In this document: one piece after another, positions 28,506 to 38,196 of the stretch
Layout: the number at the start of each line of letters is the position of its first letter
Numbering within the stretch: the stretch's first letter is position 1
NCBI GenBank assembly: GCA_965262785.1
Contig: OZ253559.1
Coordinates: 2,158,597-2,222,596 of the forward strand
Origin: Rhodothermales bacterium
Lineage (GTDB): Bacteria > Bacteroidota > Rhodothermia > Rhodothermales > Bin80
Length of the DNA stretch: 64,000 nucleotides
Reading direction: 5' to 3'
Translations under genes and position numbers: made by a program
The notes under the pieces: model-generated
What the model saw: the letters and a program-made list of their open reading frames with translations, nothing else
Told to the model about the DNA's origin: nothing
The model's database searches: none

Positions 28506-29879
28506 TCAGTTACTCGCGCTATGTTGCGTCGTGCTGAAAAGCTCCAACCCCCTGCCACGGAGCTCGACATAGACTTCTTCCCGAAGTGAGTCAAGCCACT
28601 TGCGCATCTCAATGCTGCGCTTATCGTTCAGCGCAAGCTGTTCGATGCGGGCGCCGTCGGTATCGATGTCGACGCGGTGTTCAGGGATAAGCCGCTGCAG
28701 CAGCACGATATGGTATCCCAAGGTGCCATCCAGCAGTGCTACCTGCCCGGGGAGGCTTATCTCCCCAATATCCAGCGTATCGGCAAGGTTTTGCCACGTC
28801 TCGCCGAGTGCCTCCAGGAACAGGTCGCGCTCACCGGTTTGCGGGTCCACTATACGGCCACCGATTTCCGAAGTGGATTCTTCTTCAGAATGTCGCCGCG
28901 CCAACAACTCGAAGGGAACCTCAGTAGTGAGCAACGAATCCCGCAGGACATTCAACATCTCAATTGCTTCACTCGGGTCCGATTTGCTCTTATCAATGAC
29001 TATTAGGACGTGACTGAAGTCTACCTGATCTCCAACACGTGAATTAACACGCAGGATGTGAAATCCAAACGGGGACTTGAAGGGCGCCGAAAGCTCGCCC
29101 GGTGTAGCCCGTGCTGCGACTGCCGCAAATTCAGGCACCAAGTCTGCGAGTGCCATTGCCTCATAACGTCCGCCATTACCCGCAGAACCCACATCTTCCG
29201 AATACCTTCGTGCCATCTCTTCCAGCGTACTGCGCCCCGCCTCAATGGAGTCGCGGATGGCGCCGACAATCTCCAGCGCTTCTTCTTCTGCCTCCTTCGA
29301 CACCTCTGGATACCGTACGATATGGGAGGCGCGTATCACCTTGGGCAGGGTAGGTAGGGAGTCGGTAGGGAACTGTGCAAACCACTCCCGGACTTCGGAC
29401 GGCGTGACGGTGATAGTCTTGAGTTTTGTGTTCTGAAATTGCTCGGCCATCAAGCGCTCACGGAAGCTCTCCCGCAAGTCCTCGCGGATCTCTTCCACAC
29501 TTTGCCCATAGATCTCCTCAAGGCGGGTTATGCTGCCAACCTGGTCGGTCAGTACGGAGATGCGCTGATCAATTGCTTGGTCAACCTGATCGTCAGTGAC
29601 GGTGATGTTCGTGTCTCGACGGGCATGTTCAGCCAAGACGCCCTGATCAATGAGCTGGTTTAGCGATTCCACCCACAATTGGTCGGAGTACGAAGCGCGC
29701 TGCTGCTGCAAGATGCCCAGGACAAGCGCGTCGACGTCCGAGCGGAGGATAATCTTGTCGGCTACGACGGCAATGATTTCATCAATGACCTGTTCTTGGG
29801 CATTCGCTGGGCTGACCAAAAGAAGCGGCAGAAGAACAATTGCACAAAAGGACTTCCGCACAATGAAAAGCAGACTCAT
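28506..29879 (-). CDS. SurA-like periplasmic chaperone / PpiC-type peptidyl-prolyl isomerase
   Basis: Signal peptide (…PANAQ), SurA N-domain-like region, parvulin domains (FGFHILRV, GYHIVLL). Confidence 0.75.
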   Translation of the reverse strand: MSLLFIVRKSFCAIVLLPLLLVSPANAQEQVIDEIIAVVADKIILRSDVDALVLGILQQQRASYSDQLWVESLNQLIDQGVLAEHARRDTNITVTDDQVDQAIDQRISVLTDQVGSITRLEEIYGQSVEEIREDLRESFRERLMAEQFQNTKLKTITVTPSEVREWFAQFPTDSLPTLPKVIRASHIVRYPEVSKEAEEEALEIVGAIRDSIEAGRSTLEEMARRYSEDVGSAGNGGRYEAMALADLVPEFAAVAARATPGELSAPFKSPFGFHILRVNSRVGDQVDFSHVLIVIDKSKSDPSEAIEMLNVLRDSLLTTEVPFELLARRHSEEESTSEIGGRIVDPQTGERDLFLEALGETWQNLADTLDIGEISLPGQVALLDGTLGYHIVLLQRLIPEHRVDIDTDGARIEQLALNDKRSIEMRKWLDSLREEVYVELRGRGLELFSTTQHSASN

Positions 29880-29952
29880 ACACGCGTGTTAGTGGCTTGC
29901 TGCTTTAAACGTCGCAGCCTGCGGATTATTGGATCATGCGCCGCAGCTATAG

Positions 29953-30798
29953 TCACTTTCTGATCACAAGTACTTCTCGCGCGAGCGCTTCCGTCCTCAA
30001 CTGTTGAACCTGCTGATCATACAGCTGTTTCCGGAGATCAATGGCGCAGTGTGTACGCACCTGCTCCTTAATCCATTCAAATTTTGGCACAGTCCCTATC
30101 GGGACGCGGTCTACAACCTCGACGTAGTAATGCAGGCTGTCGACCACAAATACCCTAGCGGTTGATGGCGAGAGTTCTTGCACAACCTGTCGAATCTGCG
30201 GCTGGCCTGCAAACAGACGGCTTTCAGGCCAGTAATTGGAAGCCAGCGAATGCGAGAGTGCCGGGTCCGTGGAGTACCGAAGTGCCAGACGATCAAATAA
30301 CAGATCCGCTTCGTCCTTTGGAGCACCGCGCATCTGGTTGTGGACAGCCCGGGCCGAATCGCGTCTTGGCGTTTCCAAGTATCGTATCAAGACGAAGGGC
30401 TCGATTGTCCGTAGGCGCTCCTTGTGCGTTTCATAGTATGAAATGAGGTCCGTGTCCGTAAGGCTGGCGGCCGATTCGTCGAAGAGGGGTGCAATAAGCG
30501 CGTCAATAAGCACGGCGCGTTCGGCGTCTCTTAGTTGCTGCCGGACGGATTCGTTGGATCTCAGGTTAAGGCGCAGGGCTTCTTGGTACAAGAGCTCGTT
30601 TTCAACCCATTGGTCAATGACCTGCGCGTGCGCGTCCGAGGTATCCACGTCGCCGTAAAAGCCTTCCAGTGCTGCGTCCAGATCGGACTGCATGAGAAAT
30701 GCATCACCTACACGGGCCACGAACTCTATGGGCTTGCTCCGCTCCTGGCATGCCGGAAGGAGCACGCTGGCCAGGACAATCCAAATGGCTTGACGCAT
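29953..30798 (-). CDS. SurA N-terminal-domain-like lipoprotein (chaperone-like, no clear parvulin domain)
   Basis: I take the start as ATG 30798 (MRQAIWIVLASVLLPAC, lipobox). The longer ORF overlaps the upstream gene. Confidence 0.55.
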   Translation of the reverse strand: MRQAIWIVLASVLLPACQERSKPIEFVARVGDAFLMQSDLDAALEGFYGDVDTSDAHAQVIDQWVENELLYQEALRLNLRSNESVRQQLRDAERAVLIDALIAPLFDESAASLTDTDLISYYETHKERLRTIEPFVLIRYLETPRRDSARAVHNQMRGAPKDEADLLFDRLALRYSTDPALSHSLASNYWPESRLFAGQPQIRQVVQELSPSTARVFVVDSLHYYVEVVDRVPIGTVPKFEWIKEQVRTHCAIDLRKQLYDQQVQQLRTEALAREVLVIRK

Positions 30799-30805
30799 GA
30801 CGGGT

Positions 30806-32830
30806 CTAAGGAGAGCGCATGGCTTGCACGGCCCGCTTGGGATACGTTCTAACTTTATACTTGGCACGCAACCGCTCAATAAGCTTTTCCTCCCGAATCG
30901 TCTGATACTCGCTGAGGACCTCGGAACGGGCCTCGTCAAACGTCTTTTCCCGGGCTGGTTCAATGCCGTCATTGAAGAGCGTCAAGAATCCGTTTCGGTA
31001 AGGGATGATATCCGACCGAGTCCCGTGCTCCAATCCCAGTGCACGATCGTATACGCTGCGCGTTGGACCCTCCACCAGGACTGTGTCAAATCGGACCATT
31101 GCGACCGAGTCTTTTCGCACATAGTCGTAGAAGTCGGGCCACGACATCCCGCCATCCAGTTGTAGGACCGCTGCTTCATGCAAGGAATCATCGTATGCGA
31201 ACACCTCCATAATGCGGTGGCGGTCCTTGAACCAGAAACGGTCCCTGCCGGCCTCATAGTGTGCTTGCAGGCCGACGGAATCTTCAGATGCGGCGGCCCA
31301 CACTGAGTCCTCCATCAGCTTAAACAGCAAGAGGCCGTCCTTGAAGTTTTTCATGATCCATGCAAACTCTTCGTCCTCATGCTCCAAGTCCAGCGCGGTA
31401 TGGGTAATGGCAGCGTAGTCCAGAAACGCGTCTCCTGTGCTGACGGCCTGTTCATTGCTGGTTTGTCCGTTACGGATGCGGTTATTACGATCAGCAGTAA
31501 ACCTGCCCAGTTGCCGCACCGTGTAGACGGAGTCTGCCACTCGACCTATGACCACTTTGGCAAGCGAGTCATCATCGGCAATCAAGCTGAAATAGGCACG
31601 AACAGAATCTCGGGAAATGCTGGCGACCAGGGAAGTCAAGGCCGCAGTATCTAACGATGCGGAGTAACGGTCTCGTGCGTCTTGCGCCAAGGCGTCCTCT
31701 GCCTTCAGCATGCGAGGTAGGTACTGTATCTCGCGCTTTAACGCATCGAATTCAGATTCGTAGGTGCCGAGCGTGTCGCGCCCGGTGAGCTTCAGGATCT
31801 GGAAACCGTAGCCCGTCTCTACGATGTCGGTGACATCGCCCACCGCCGGAATTTTGAAGGCGATCTCTCTAAAGGTGCTGTCAATGTCACGGCGCAGGTA
31901 GTTGATGGAGCCTACGTCGCCCCCTTTGATGCGGCTGGCAGCCTCCTCGGACAGCTCACCGGCGACAAAAGCGAAGTTTTGCCCGGCATCGAGGCGCGCC
32001 TTTGCGCTCTCGATTTTCTCCCGTGCAACGGCCACACTATCCGGGGAAGAACCATTAATTCTCACTAGAATCTGGGACAACTGGATGCTCGGCACCGATG
32101 GCCTGCGGTCATGAATCAATATCACGTGATAGCCATAGTCGGAACGAAATACCTCGGACGGCTGACCTATAGGCTCGGCGTAGGCACGGTCTTCAAAGGG
32201 CTTGATCATCATGCCTGCGGCAAACCACCCCAAATCACCCCGATACCCCCGCTGGGCCGCCGCGTTTGCCGCCGAAGGGTCCTCCGAGTACCGCATGGCT
32301 ACCTCACCGAACTGCATCCCCTTCAGCACCGAGTCTCGTAGCGCCTGCGCACGGTTGAAGGTGTGCAACGTGTCAGCCGGAGGCATATCCGGCGTCAGGC
32401 GCGTGAAGATGTGGCTGGCGTGCACGTTCTGCTTCTTTTTTTCGTAGTAGTCCAGCAGAATCGGGGCCAGCACTACGCGATCGACCAGATACGGCCGGGC
32501 AAAGGCCGCGCGGTACGAATGGATCTCATTGACGACGGAAGGATCCTTGTCATATCCGGCATTCTCGGCAGCCAGCACCTTCAGCTTATAGTTGATATAT
32601 CGCTCCAGGAATTCTTCGTGCGAATCTGTCGAACCGGGGGCTGCGAGATTGGAGTTCCGGCGATACTCACGCCTGAAATCATCCTGGTGCAACACCTGGT
32701 CTCCGTAGATCGCTACGATCGTCGTGTCCGACTCGCCGATAAGCAGCGGCGCACTACCGCCACACTTGGCGAGCATTAGTACGGCGAAGCCAGCCAATCC
32801 AAGTCCCAGTCGCAGAGTCATAAATGGCAT
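30806..32830 (-). CDS. Large PpiC/parvulin-domain peptidyl-prolyl isomerase (PpiD/SurA-like)
   Basis: N-terminal lipoprotein-type signal, and parvulin motifs (HASHIF, GYHVILIHD, GFQILKL). Confidence 0.7.
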   Translation of the reverse strand: MPFMTLRLGLGLAGFAVLMLAKCGGSAPLLIGESDTTIVAIYGDQVLHQDDFRREYRRNSNLAAPGSTDSHEEFLERYINYKLKVLAAENAGYDKDPSVVNEIHSYRAAFARPYLVDRVVLAPILLDYYEKKKQNVHASHIFTRLTPDMPPADTLHTFNRAQALRDSVLKGMQFGEVAMRYSEDPSAANAAAQRGYRGDLGWFAAGMMIKPFEDRAYAEPIGQPSEVFRSDYGYHVILIHDRRPSVPSIQLSQILVRINGSSPDSVAVAREKIESAKARLDAGQNFAFVAGELSEEAASRIKGGDVGSINYLRRDIDSTFREIAFKIPAVGDVTDIVETGYGFQILKLTGRDTLGTYESEFDALKREIQYLPRMLKAEDALAQDARDRYSASLDTAALTSLVASISRDSVRAYFSLIADDDSLAKVVIGRVADSVYTVRQLGRFTADRNNRIRNGQTSNEQAVSTGDAFLDYAAITHTALDLEHEDEEFAWIMKNFKDGLLLFKLMEDSVWAAASEDSVGLQAHYEAGRDRFWFKDRHRIMEVFAYDDSLHEAAVLQLDGGMSWPDFYDYVRKDSVAMVRFDTVLVEGPTRSVYDRALGLEHGTRSDIIPYRNGFLTLFNDGIEPAREKTFDEARSEVLSEYQTIREEKLIERLRAKYKVRTYPKRAVQAMRSP

Positions 32831-32944
32831 GCTGTTGCATTAGACAGCCTCTAAAAACCCTGGGTCTGCCATGCTGTTCCAATCTGACAGGGGAGGCAAC
32901 CATTTGGCCTTTGACGTGTCCATATAGCACTAACCCAGATTGCT

Positions 32945-33520
32945 ATGGAAATGATGGCGCACGAACTCGAGCTGATCGAGGCATTCCAGAATGGCGATGA
33001 CTTCGCATTCGTGTCTCTTTACAACCGGTATAAGGGATCAGTCTACTCGTTCGCCGTGCGGATGCTGCTGGACCGTGATGCTGCGAAAGATGCCATGCAG
33101 GAAACCTTTCTACGCATCTATGAAAACCGGGACCGCCTGCTGAAGACTCATGCTTTTAGGGCGTGGCTCTTCTCAGTTGCGCGAAACCAGTGCCTGAACA
33201 TGCTTCGGCAGGGAAATCGGCGTGTTCGACTCGATGAAGATCTGAAGGCACGCCTTCAGCAGCCAGCAAGCGGGACACTAGAGAAAGCAGAACAAATCGC
33301 GATAGTGAATCACTTTCTCGGTCTGCTGAAGCCCGAGTATCGCGAAGTGATTGTTCTTCGCGAATTTCAAAACATGTCGTATGCAGAGATCGCTGCAGTG
33401 ACCAAAAGCACTTTAGCTGCTGTCAAGTCGCGCCTATTCAAAGCGCGCCGAAAGCTAGCGAAAAGCATGCTGCCGGTTATGGAACGCGAAGCGCAACGAC
33501 TAGCCGCGCTGCAGTCATGA
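32945..33520 (+). CDS. ECF-type RNA polymerase sigma-70 factor
   Basis: Region 2 (FVSLYNRYKGSVYSFA, ETFLRIY) and region 4 (REFQNMSYAEIAAVTKSTLAAVKSRLFKAR). Confidence 0.85.
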   Translation: MEMMAHELELIEAFQNGDDFAFVSLYNRYKGSVYSFAVRMLLDRDAAKDAMQETFLRIYENRDRLLKTHAFRAWLFSVARNQCLNMLRQGNRRVRLDEDLKARLQQPASGTLEKAEQIAIVNHFLGLLKPEYREVIVLREFQNMSYAEIAAVTKSTLAAVKSRLFKARRKLAKSMLPVMEREAQRLAALQS

Positions 33521-34017
33521 AGGCACCGTGCATCCAAGAAGAGTCCGTCCACCTGTTTTTGGACGGTGAGCTCTCGCAAGGCTTCCAGCCAGAACTCTTT
33601 GCACACTTGGCGGCGTGCGAGATGTGCCGTGAGGTTATGAACACGATGATGGAATTTAGGCGAATGAGCCGCCAGGAGGTAATCCATGTGCCGCCGTTAG
33701 CAGATGAGGCGGTATTGACTACGCTCGAACGGTCCAAGAAGCGCAGATTCCAGAGGGACCGGTACTATGAACGCCGTCCTCTTTGGCAGGCGCGTGCGAC
33801 GCTTTCGCTACGGATGTGCGCGGTGCTGGCCGTCCTATTCTTTGCTTCGGGGATAAAGGTAGCGCATGATGTGGGCGTTTCGCGGTCGCTGGAGCCGCTT
33901 ATGGAACAGGAGCCCGAACAAGGGCTATTAGGCCCTCGGTTAGAATTCCTATATGTTGTGTCCCCGGGACTCCTTGTTGAAGCGTCGCGCGCCCCGGAGT
34001 CCGTAGATAGACAGTAA
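33517..34017 (+). CDS. Putative anti-sigma factor (zf-HC2-like N-terminus, one TM segment)
   Basis: Overlaps the sigma gene stop by ATGA. H-x3-C-x2-C (HLAACEMC) and a hydrophobic segment MCAVLAVLFFASGI. Confidence 0.6.
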   Translation: MKAPCIQEESVHLFLDGELSQGFQPELFAHLAACEMCREVMNTMMEFRRMSRQEVIHVPPLADEAVLTTLERSKKRRFQRDRYYERRPLWQARATLSLRMCAVLAVLFFASGIKVAHDVGVSRSLEPLMEQEPEQGLLGPRLEFLYVVSPGLLVEASRAPESVDRQ

Positions 34018-34052
34018 CAAAGGGCTGCACCCTGAGCGGCCACACGTCTGAC

Positions 34053-35501
34053 ATGGCCGTTCGCGTCCGCTTTGCACCGAGTCCGACTGGTTTCCTCCAT
34101 ATCGGAGGTTTGCGCACTGCGCTATTCTGTTATCTCTTCGCACGTGCTCAGGGCGGTACTTTTGTGTTGCGTATTGAGGACACGGATCGCTCACGCTTCG
34201 TAACCGACGCTGAAGAGGACATTGTGACTTGCCTTGCCTGGGCTGGCCTTACCATTGACGAGGGTCCGCATCTAGGTCCGGGATATCGTCAGAGCGAGCG
34301 TACCGCTTTGTACCACCGATACGCGCAAGAGCTGCTAGTATCTGGCCATGCGTACCACGCCTTTGACGCTCCCGAGGCGTTACAGGCGATGCGCGATCAA
34401 GGCGCGGCTTACGACAGAGCGACCCGGTACGAGATGGACAACGCCTTTACCCAGTCGCAGGAAGAGGTTCAGCGCAGGATAGAACGAGGAGAGCCGCATG
34501 TCCTGCGGCTGTGCGTGCCCAAGAGTGGCCGCGTAGTGTTTGCGGATCTCATAAAAGGAGCCGTGGAGTTTTCCGTAGACAGCTTGGACGACCAGGTCTT
34601 GCTGAAATCGGACCGGCAGCCAACGTATCACCTGGCCAACGTTGTTGATGATCACCTGATGGGGATCACCCATGTGATTCGGGGTGAGGAGTGGTTGTCT
34701 TCGACGCCAAAGCACGTGCTGCTGTATGAGGCCCTTGGATGGGAACCGCCGCAAATGGCGCACCTGCCGCTCATCCTGGACCCCAATGGGGGCAAGCTGT
34801 CGAAGCGCAGTGCCTCGCGCCTGGGGATTCCCGTTAGCGTGCGTGACTACCAACGGCATGGATACGAACCGGAAGCATTGGTGAACTTTCTGGCACTTCT
34901 TGGCTGGCACCCAAGTACAGAACAGGAGGTGTTTACGGCAGCGGAGCTGACTGAAGCCTTTTCCTTAGGTCGCGTGACGTCGTCTCCCGCCAAATTCGAT
35001 CTGGACAAGCTCCGCTGGTTCAACCAGCAGCACCTGCGGCGACAGGGGCCAGCCGCGATTTGCGCTCGCGTCAAAGCCTCTGTGGGCAAGGCTTTTGGTT
35101 ACGTGGACCAAGCTTACCTGCAGCGTGTCCTCGCAGTAGTAGGGGACCGCATTGTGCTGCGCGAGGACCTGCTTTCGACGTTTGCCTACTTTTTTGAAGA
35201 CCCTGAGGCGTACGATGAGCGCGGCGTCAAGAGGCGCTGGAAGTTCGACTCTGCGGAGCTAGTGTGCGCTTACGCTGATCTCCTGGACGTCCTTGCCCCG
35301 TTTGATGCTACTAACCTGGAGCATGCTTTGCGTGGCCTTGCTGAAGATCGCGGCGTTGGAGCCGGCCGCGTCATTCATCCGGTGCGTCTGGCCACCAGCG
35401 GCACCACTGCAGGTCCCAGCCTGTTTGAGATGCTCGCAGCATTTGGGCGCGCGAGATGCGTCCGTCGCCTGCGACGCGCAGCACACGTACTGGGGCAATG
35501 A
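34053..35501 (+). CDS. gltX: Glutamyl-tRNA synthetase
   Basis: RFAPSPTGFLHIGG (HIGH) and KLSKR (KMSKS). 482 aa. Confidence 0.92.
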   Translation: MAVRVRFAPSPTGFLHIGGLRTALFCYLFARAQGGTFVLRIEDTDRSRFVTDAEEDIVTCLAWAGLTIDEGPHLGPGYRQSERTALYHRYAQELLVSGHAYHAFDAPEALQAMRDQGAAYDRATRYEMDNAFTQSQEEVQRRIERGEPHVLRLCVPKSGRVVFADLIKGAVEFSVDSLDDQVLLKSDRQPTYHLANVVDDHLMGITHVIRGEEWLSSTPKHVLLYEALGWEPPQMAHLPLILDPNGGKLSKRSASRLGIPVSVRDYQRHGYEPEALVNFLALLGWHPSTEQEVFTAAELTEAFSLGRVTSSPAKFDLDKLRWFNQQHLRRQGPAAICARVKASVGKAFGYVDQAYLQRVLAVVGDRIVLREDLLSTFAYFFEDPEAYDERGVKRRWKFDSAELVCAYADLLDVLAPFDATNLEHALRGLAEDRGVGAGRVIHPVRLATSGTTAGPSLFEMLAAFGRARCVRRLRRAAHVLGQ

Positions 35502-35869
35502 CCTACAATTTGCGGGTCCTTAAGGGACGCTTTGCGGTATGCCGCGTACCAGAAGCAGCCGAGGTACCTTCATGGGCGACCTTAGGTTTGTTCTGGCAGG
35601 TAATGCGTGCCCCCGGCGAGTTAACCATTGTATGCGCTGAGCATGTTGTGCCAACGGATGTACCTTCCGAGTCGGGATGGTACGCGCTGGAGGTGGGCGG
35701 ACCGCTCAGCTTTGACCTAAGTGGGGTGCTCCACGAACTCTTGACGCCGCTCGCTGACAGCGGCGTCGTAGTTTTTGCCATCTCTGGTTACAGTACTGAC
35801 TATTTATTGGTACGAGACTTGAAGGAGGCCCTGCGGGCACTTCGGAATGCGGGTTACGTCGTGTGCTGA
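35498..35869 (+). CDS. ACT-domain-containing protein (CASTOR/ACT_7-like)
   Basis: I take the start as ATG 35498 (MTYNL), overlapping the gltX stop by ATGA. The pattern is that of small ACT proteins (FAISGYSTDYLLV). Confidence 0.55.
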   Translation: MTYNLRVLKGRFAVCRVPEAAEVPSWATLGLFWQVMRAPGELTIVCAEHVVPTDVPSESGWYALEVGGPLSFDLSGVLHELLTPLADSGVVVFAISGYSTDYLLVRDLKEALRALRNAGYVVC

Positions 35870-38145
35870 TCCAGCTGCTCCTGCAACAGTGCGCGCACTA
35901 ATCTGGGTGGTGCGGCGCCACATGTTGTCTTGACTACCTGGCCGATAAAGAAACCCAGCAAACCCTTCTTGCCCTCCCGATACAGGCTAACCTTGTCCGG
36001 GTATCTCGATAGCAATTCATCTATTATTGCGCGTAGAGTGAATTCATCGTCCAGCGTGCTGGCCTGCTTGGCTTCAAGTAGATTGTCGGGGTCTCCGCCC
36101 GCAAGGACCATCTCGGCAAGAATTTCACGCGCCTGATGTGAGGATGCCTGCTTCCTAGCCACGAGTGCCACAAGGCGTCCAAACGCACGAGCCTCGAACG
36201 GCAGCGAGGTCAGCTTCTTGCCCTTGGCTGCAGGTAGCAGCTGGTTTACCAGCCAGCTTGCCAGTGGCTGCGGCGGAGCAGCACCGAGTGCGTCCTCAAA
36301 GAATCCTCTTGCGCCGGGTGCACGCAGCAGCGCACGGCCGATGGGATCAGAGAGTCCATACTGAGCAAGCCACGCTTGGTCCTCTACTGACAAGGCTGGG
36401 GGTTCGCCGTACGGGGGGGAGGGGGCGACGCGCTCACGCAACACATGGGCACCAGTCTGCACGGATGTGCTGCCGCTGCGGACATCCTGGGTCAATCTTG
36501 TCCAGCTGTCACGTAGCGGCGCGATGCGGTTGAACACCAGCGGGCCATTTGCGGGGTGTCCCGGGTCACGCCAGAAGTACCCAAGCCGGGTGAATTGGTA
36601 GCGCACGCCGGCCGGATCGTCCAGGACGCTGGGCTCCACCCGGCTGTCTTGCATCACCAATTTGGAGGTAGGGTTTAGTTGCGTCATGAAGTCCTCACCC
36701 GGGACCTCAACGGAAAAGAGGCGCTCGTAGAGTCGCACCTCTGCCGGGAGCGATGCTGATGCATCAACCCAATGAATGGTGCCGCGCGCCTTTGGACCAT
36801 GGCCAACGCCGCCGCTTCTGGACTCTTGAAACCACGTACACAGGACTTCGACCACCTCCCCGGCCTCATCCCTGGTAACGCTGTCACAGCGGATGACGTA
36901 GGCATACCTCAACCTCACGTACGCGCCGGGTGACAGGCGCCGGAAGCCCTTTTTGGGATTCTCGCTAAAGTCGCTCCGATCGATGAATAGCGAAGCGGAG
37001 AACGGCACAGGCCTAGTGCCTTCGCGGCCTATGTCGCGTGGCCAATACGGCGCGTGGAGTATTTCCCGGCGGTCCGAAGGATAGTTGGTCAGCGTGACCC
37101 TGAGTGGTTCCAACACGCACATTACTCTCGGGGCCTGGCGGTTCAGATCATCGCGAACGTGGTGATCCAAAAGGCTCGGATCACTGATGCTATCTACTTT
37201 GGTGGTTCCCACGGCATTGCAGAGCGAGCGAATGGCCGCGGGCGTTACGCCCCTACGCTGTGCACCGGCGAGCGTGGGCATCCGGGGGTCATCCCATCCG
37301 TCAACATGCCCTTCGGCTACCAAGCGCAAGAGCTTGCGTTTGGAGGTGATGGTATAGCCGAGGTTGAGCCGCGCGAATTCATACTGGAAGGGGCGCGGGT
37401 TGATGCCGAGAGCGTCCAGGTACCAGTCATAGAGCACGCGGTTGGGCGTGAACTCCAGCGTACAGATTGAGTGCGTGATGCCTTCGATGGCGTCACTCTG
37501 GCCGTGCGCCCAGTCATAGAATGGGTATATGCACCAGGCATTCCCTTGCCGGTAGTGATGCGCATGCCGAATGCGGTACATCAGCGGGTCGCGCATCTTC
37601 ATGTTATGGTGCGCCATATCGATCTTGGCGCGCAGTACTCGCGTGCCATCCCCGAATTCGCCTGCACGCATGCGCGCAAACAGCTCCAGGTTCTCTTCTA
37701 CCTCACGCTCGCGGTAGGGGCTCTTGCGGCCCGGCTCTGTCACGGTGCCTCGATACGCACGAATCTCTTCTTCTGGCAAGTCATCTACGTAGGCCAGCCG
37801 TTTGCGAATAAGCTGGCAGGCCCACTGGTATAGCTGCTCGAAATAGTCTGATGCGTAGAATTCTTTGCCACTCCAGTTGTACCCAAGCCAGATAAGAGCG
37901 CTCTTGATCGCTTCTACGTATCGGACGTCCTCTGTTGTGGGATTGGTGTCGTCAAAGCGCAGGTGGCACGAGCCGCCGTATTCAAGGGCTAACCCAAAGT
38001 TCAGGGCGATGCTCTTAGCATGTCCGATGTGCGGAAATCCGTTGGGCTCCGGCGGGAACCGAGTGATGATCTTACTGCACCTTCCGGATCGAAGATCTTT
38101 GTCGATTACTGCGCGAATAAAGTCCCGCACATTCTTTTCAGCCAT
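35854..38145 (-). CDS. glnS: Glutaminyl-tRNA synthetase with a ~200-aa C-terminal GatB/YqeY-like domain
   Basis: TRFPPEPNGFPHIGHAKS, LRFDDTNP, and a class I core collinear with GlnRS. C-terminus: ...YREGKKGLLGFFIGQVVKTTCGAAPPRLVRALLQEQL matches the GatB_Yqey signature. Confidence 0.9.
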   Translation of the reverse strand: MAEKNVRDFIRAVIDKDLRSGRCSKIITRFPPEPNGFPHIGHAKSIALNFGLALEYGGSCHLRFDDTNPTTEDVRYVEAIKSALIWLGYNWSGKEFYASDYFEQLYQWACQLIRKRLAYVDDLPEEEIRAYRGTVTEPGRKSPYREREVEENLELFARMRAGEFGDGTRVLRAKIDMAHHNMKMRDPLMYRIRHAHHYRQGNAWCIYPFYDWAHGQSDAIEGITHSICTLEFTPNRVLYDWYLDALGINPRPFQYEFARLNLGYTITSKRKLLRLVAEGHVDGWDDPRMPTLAGAQRRGVTPAAIRSLCNAVGTTKVDSISDPSLLDHHVRDDLNRQAPRVMCVLEPLRVTLTNYPSDRREILHAPYWPRDIGREGTRPVPFSASLFIDRSDFSENPKKGFRRLSPGAYVRLRYAYVIRCDSVTRDEAGEVVEVLCTWFQESRSGGVGHGPKARGTIHWVDASASLPAEVRLYERLFSVEVPGEDFMTQLNPTSKLVMQDSRVEPSVLDDPAGVRYQFTRLGYFWRDPGHPANGPLVFNRIAPLRDSWTRLTQDVRSGSTSVQTGAHVLRERVAPSPPYGEPPALSVEDQAWLAQYGLSDPIGRALLRAPGARGFFEDALGAAPPQPLASWLVNQLLPAAKGKKLTSLPFEARAFGRLVALVARKQASSHQAREILAEMVLAGGDPDNLLEAKQASTLDDEFTLRAIIDELLSRYPDKVSLYREGKKGLLGFFIGQVVKTTCGAAPPRLVRALLQEQLDQHTT

Positions 38146-38196
38146 GCTATCAAAAATGGTTAGAGCTTGTGCGCCAATCGACAGGGTACAGCTCCG

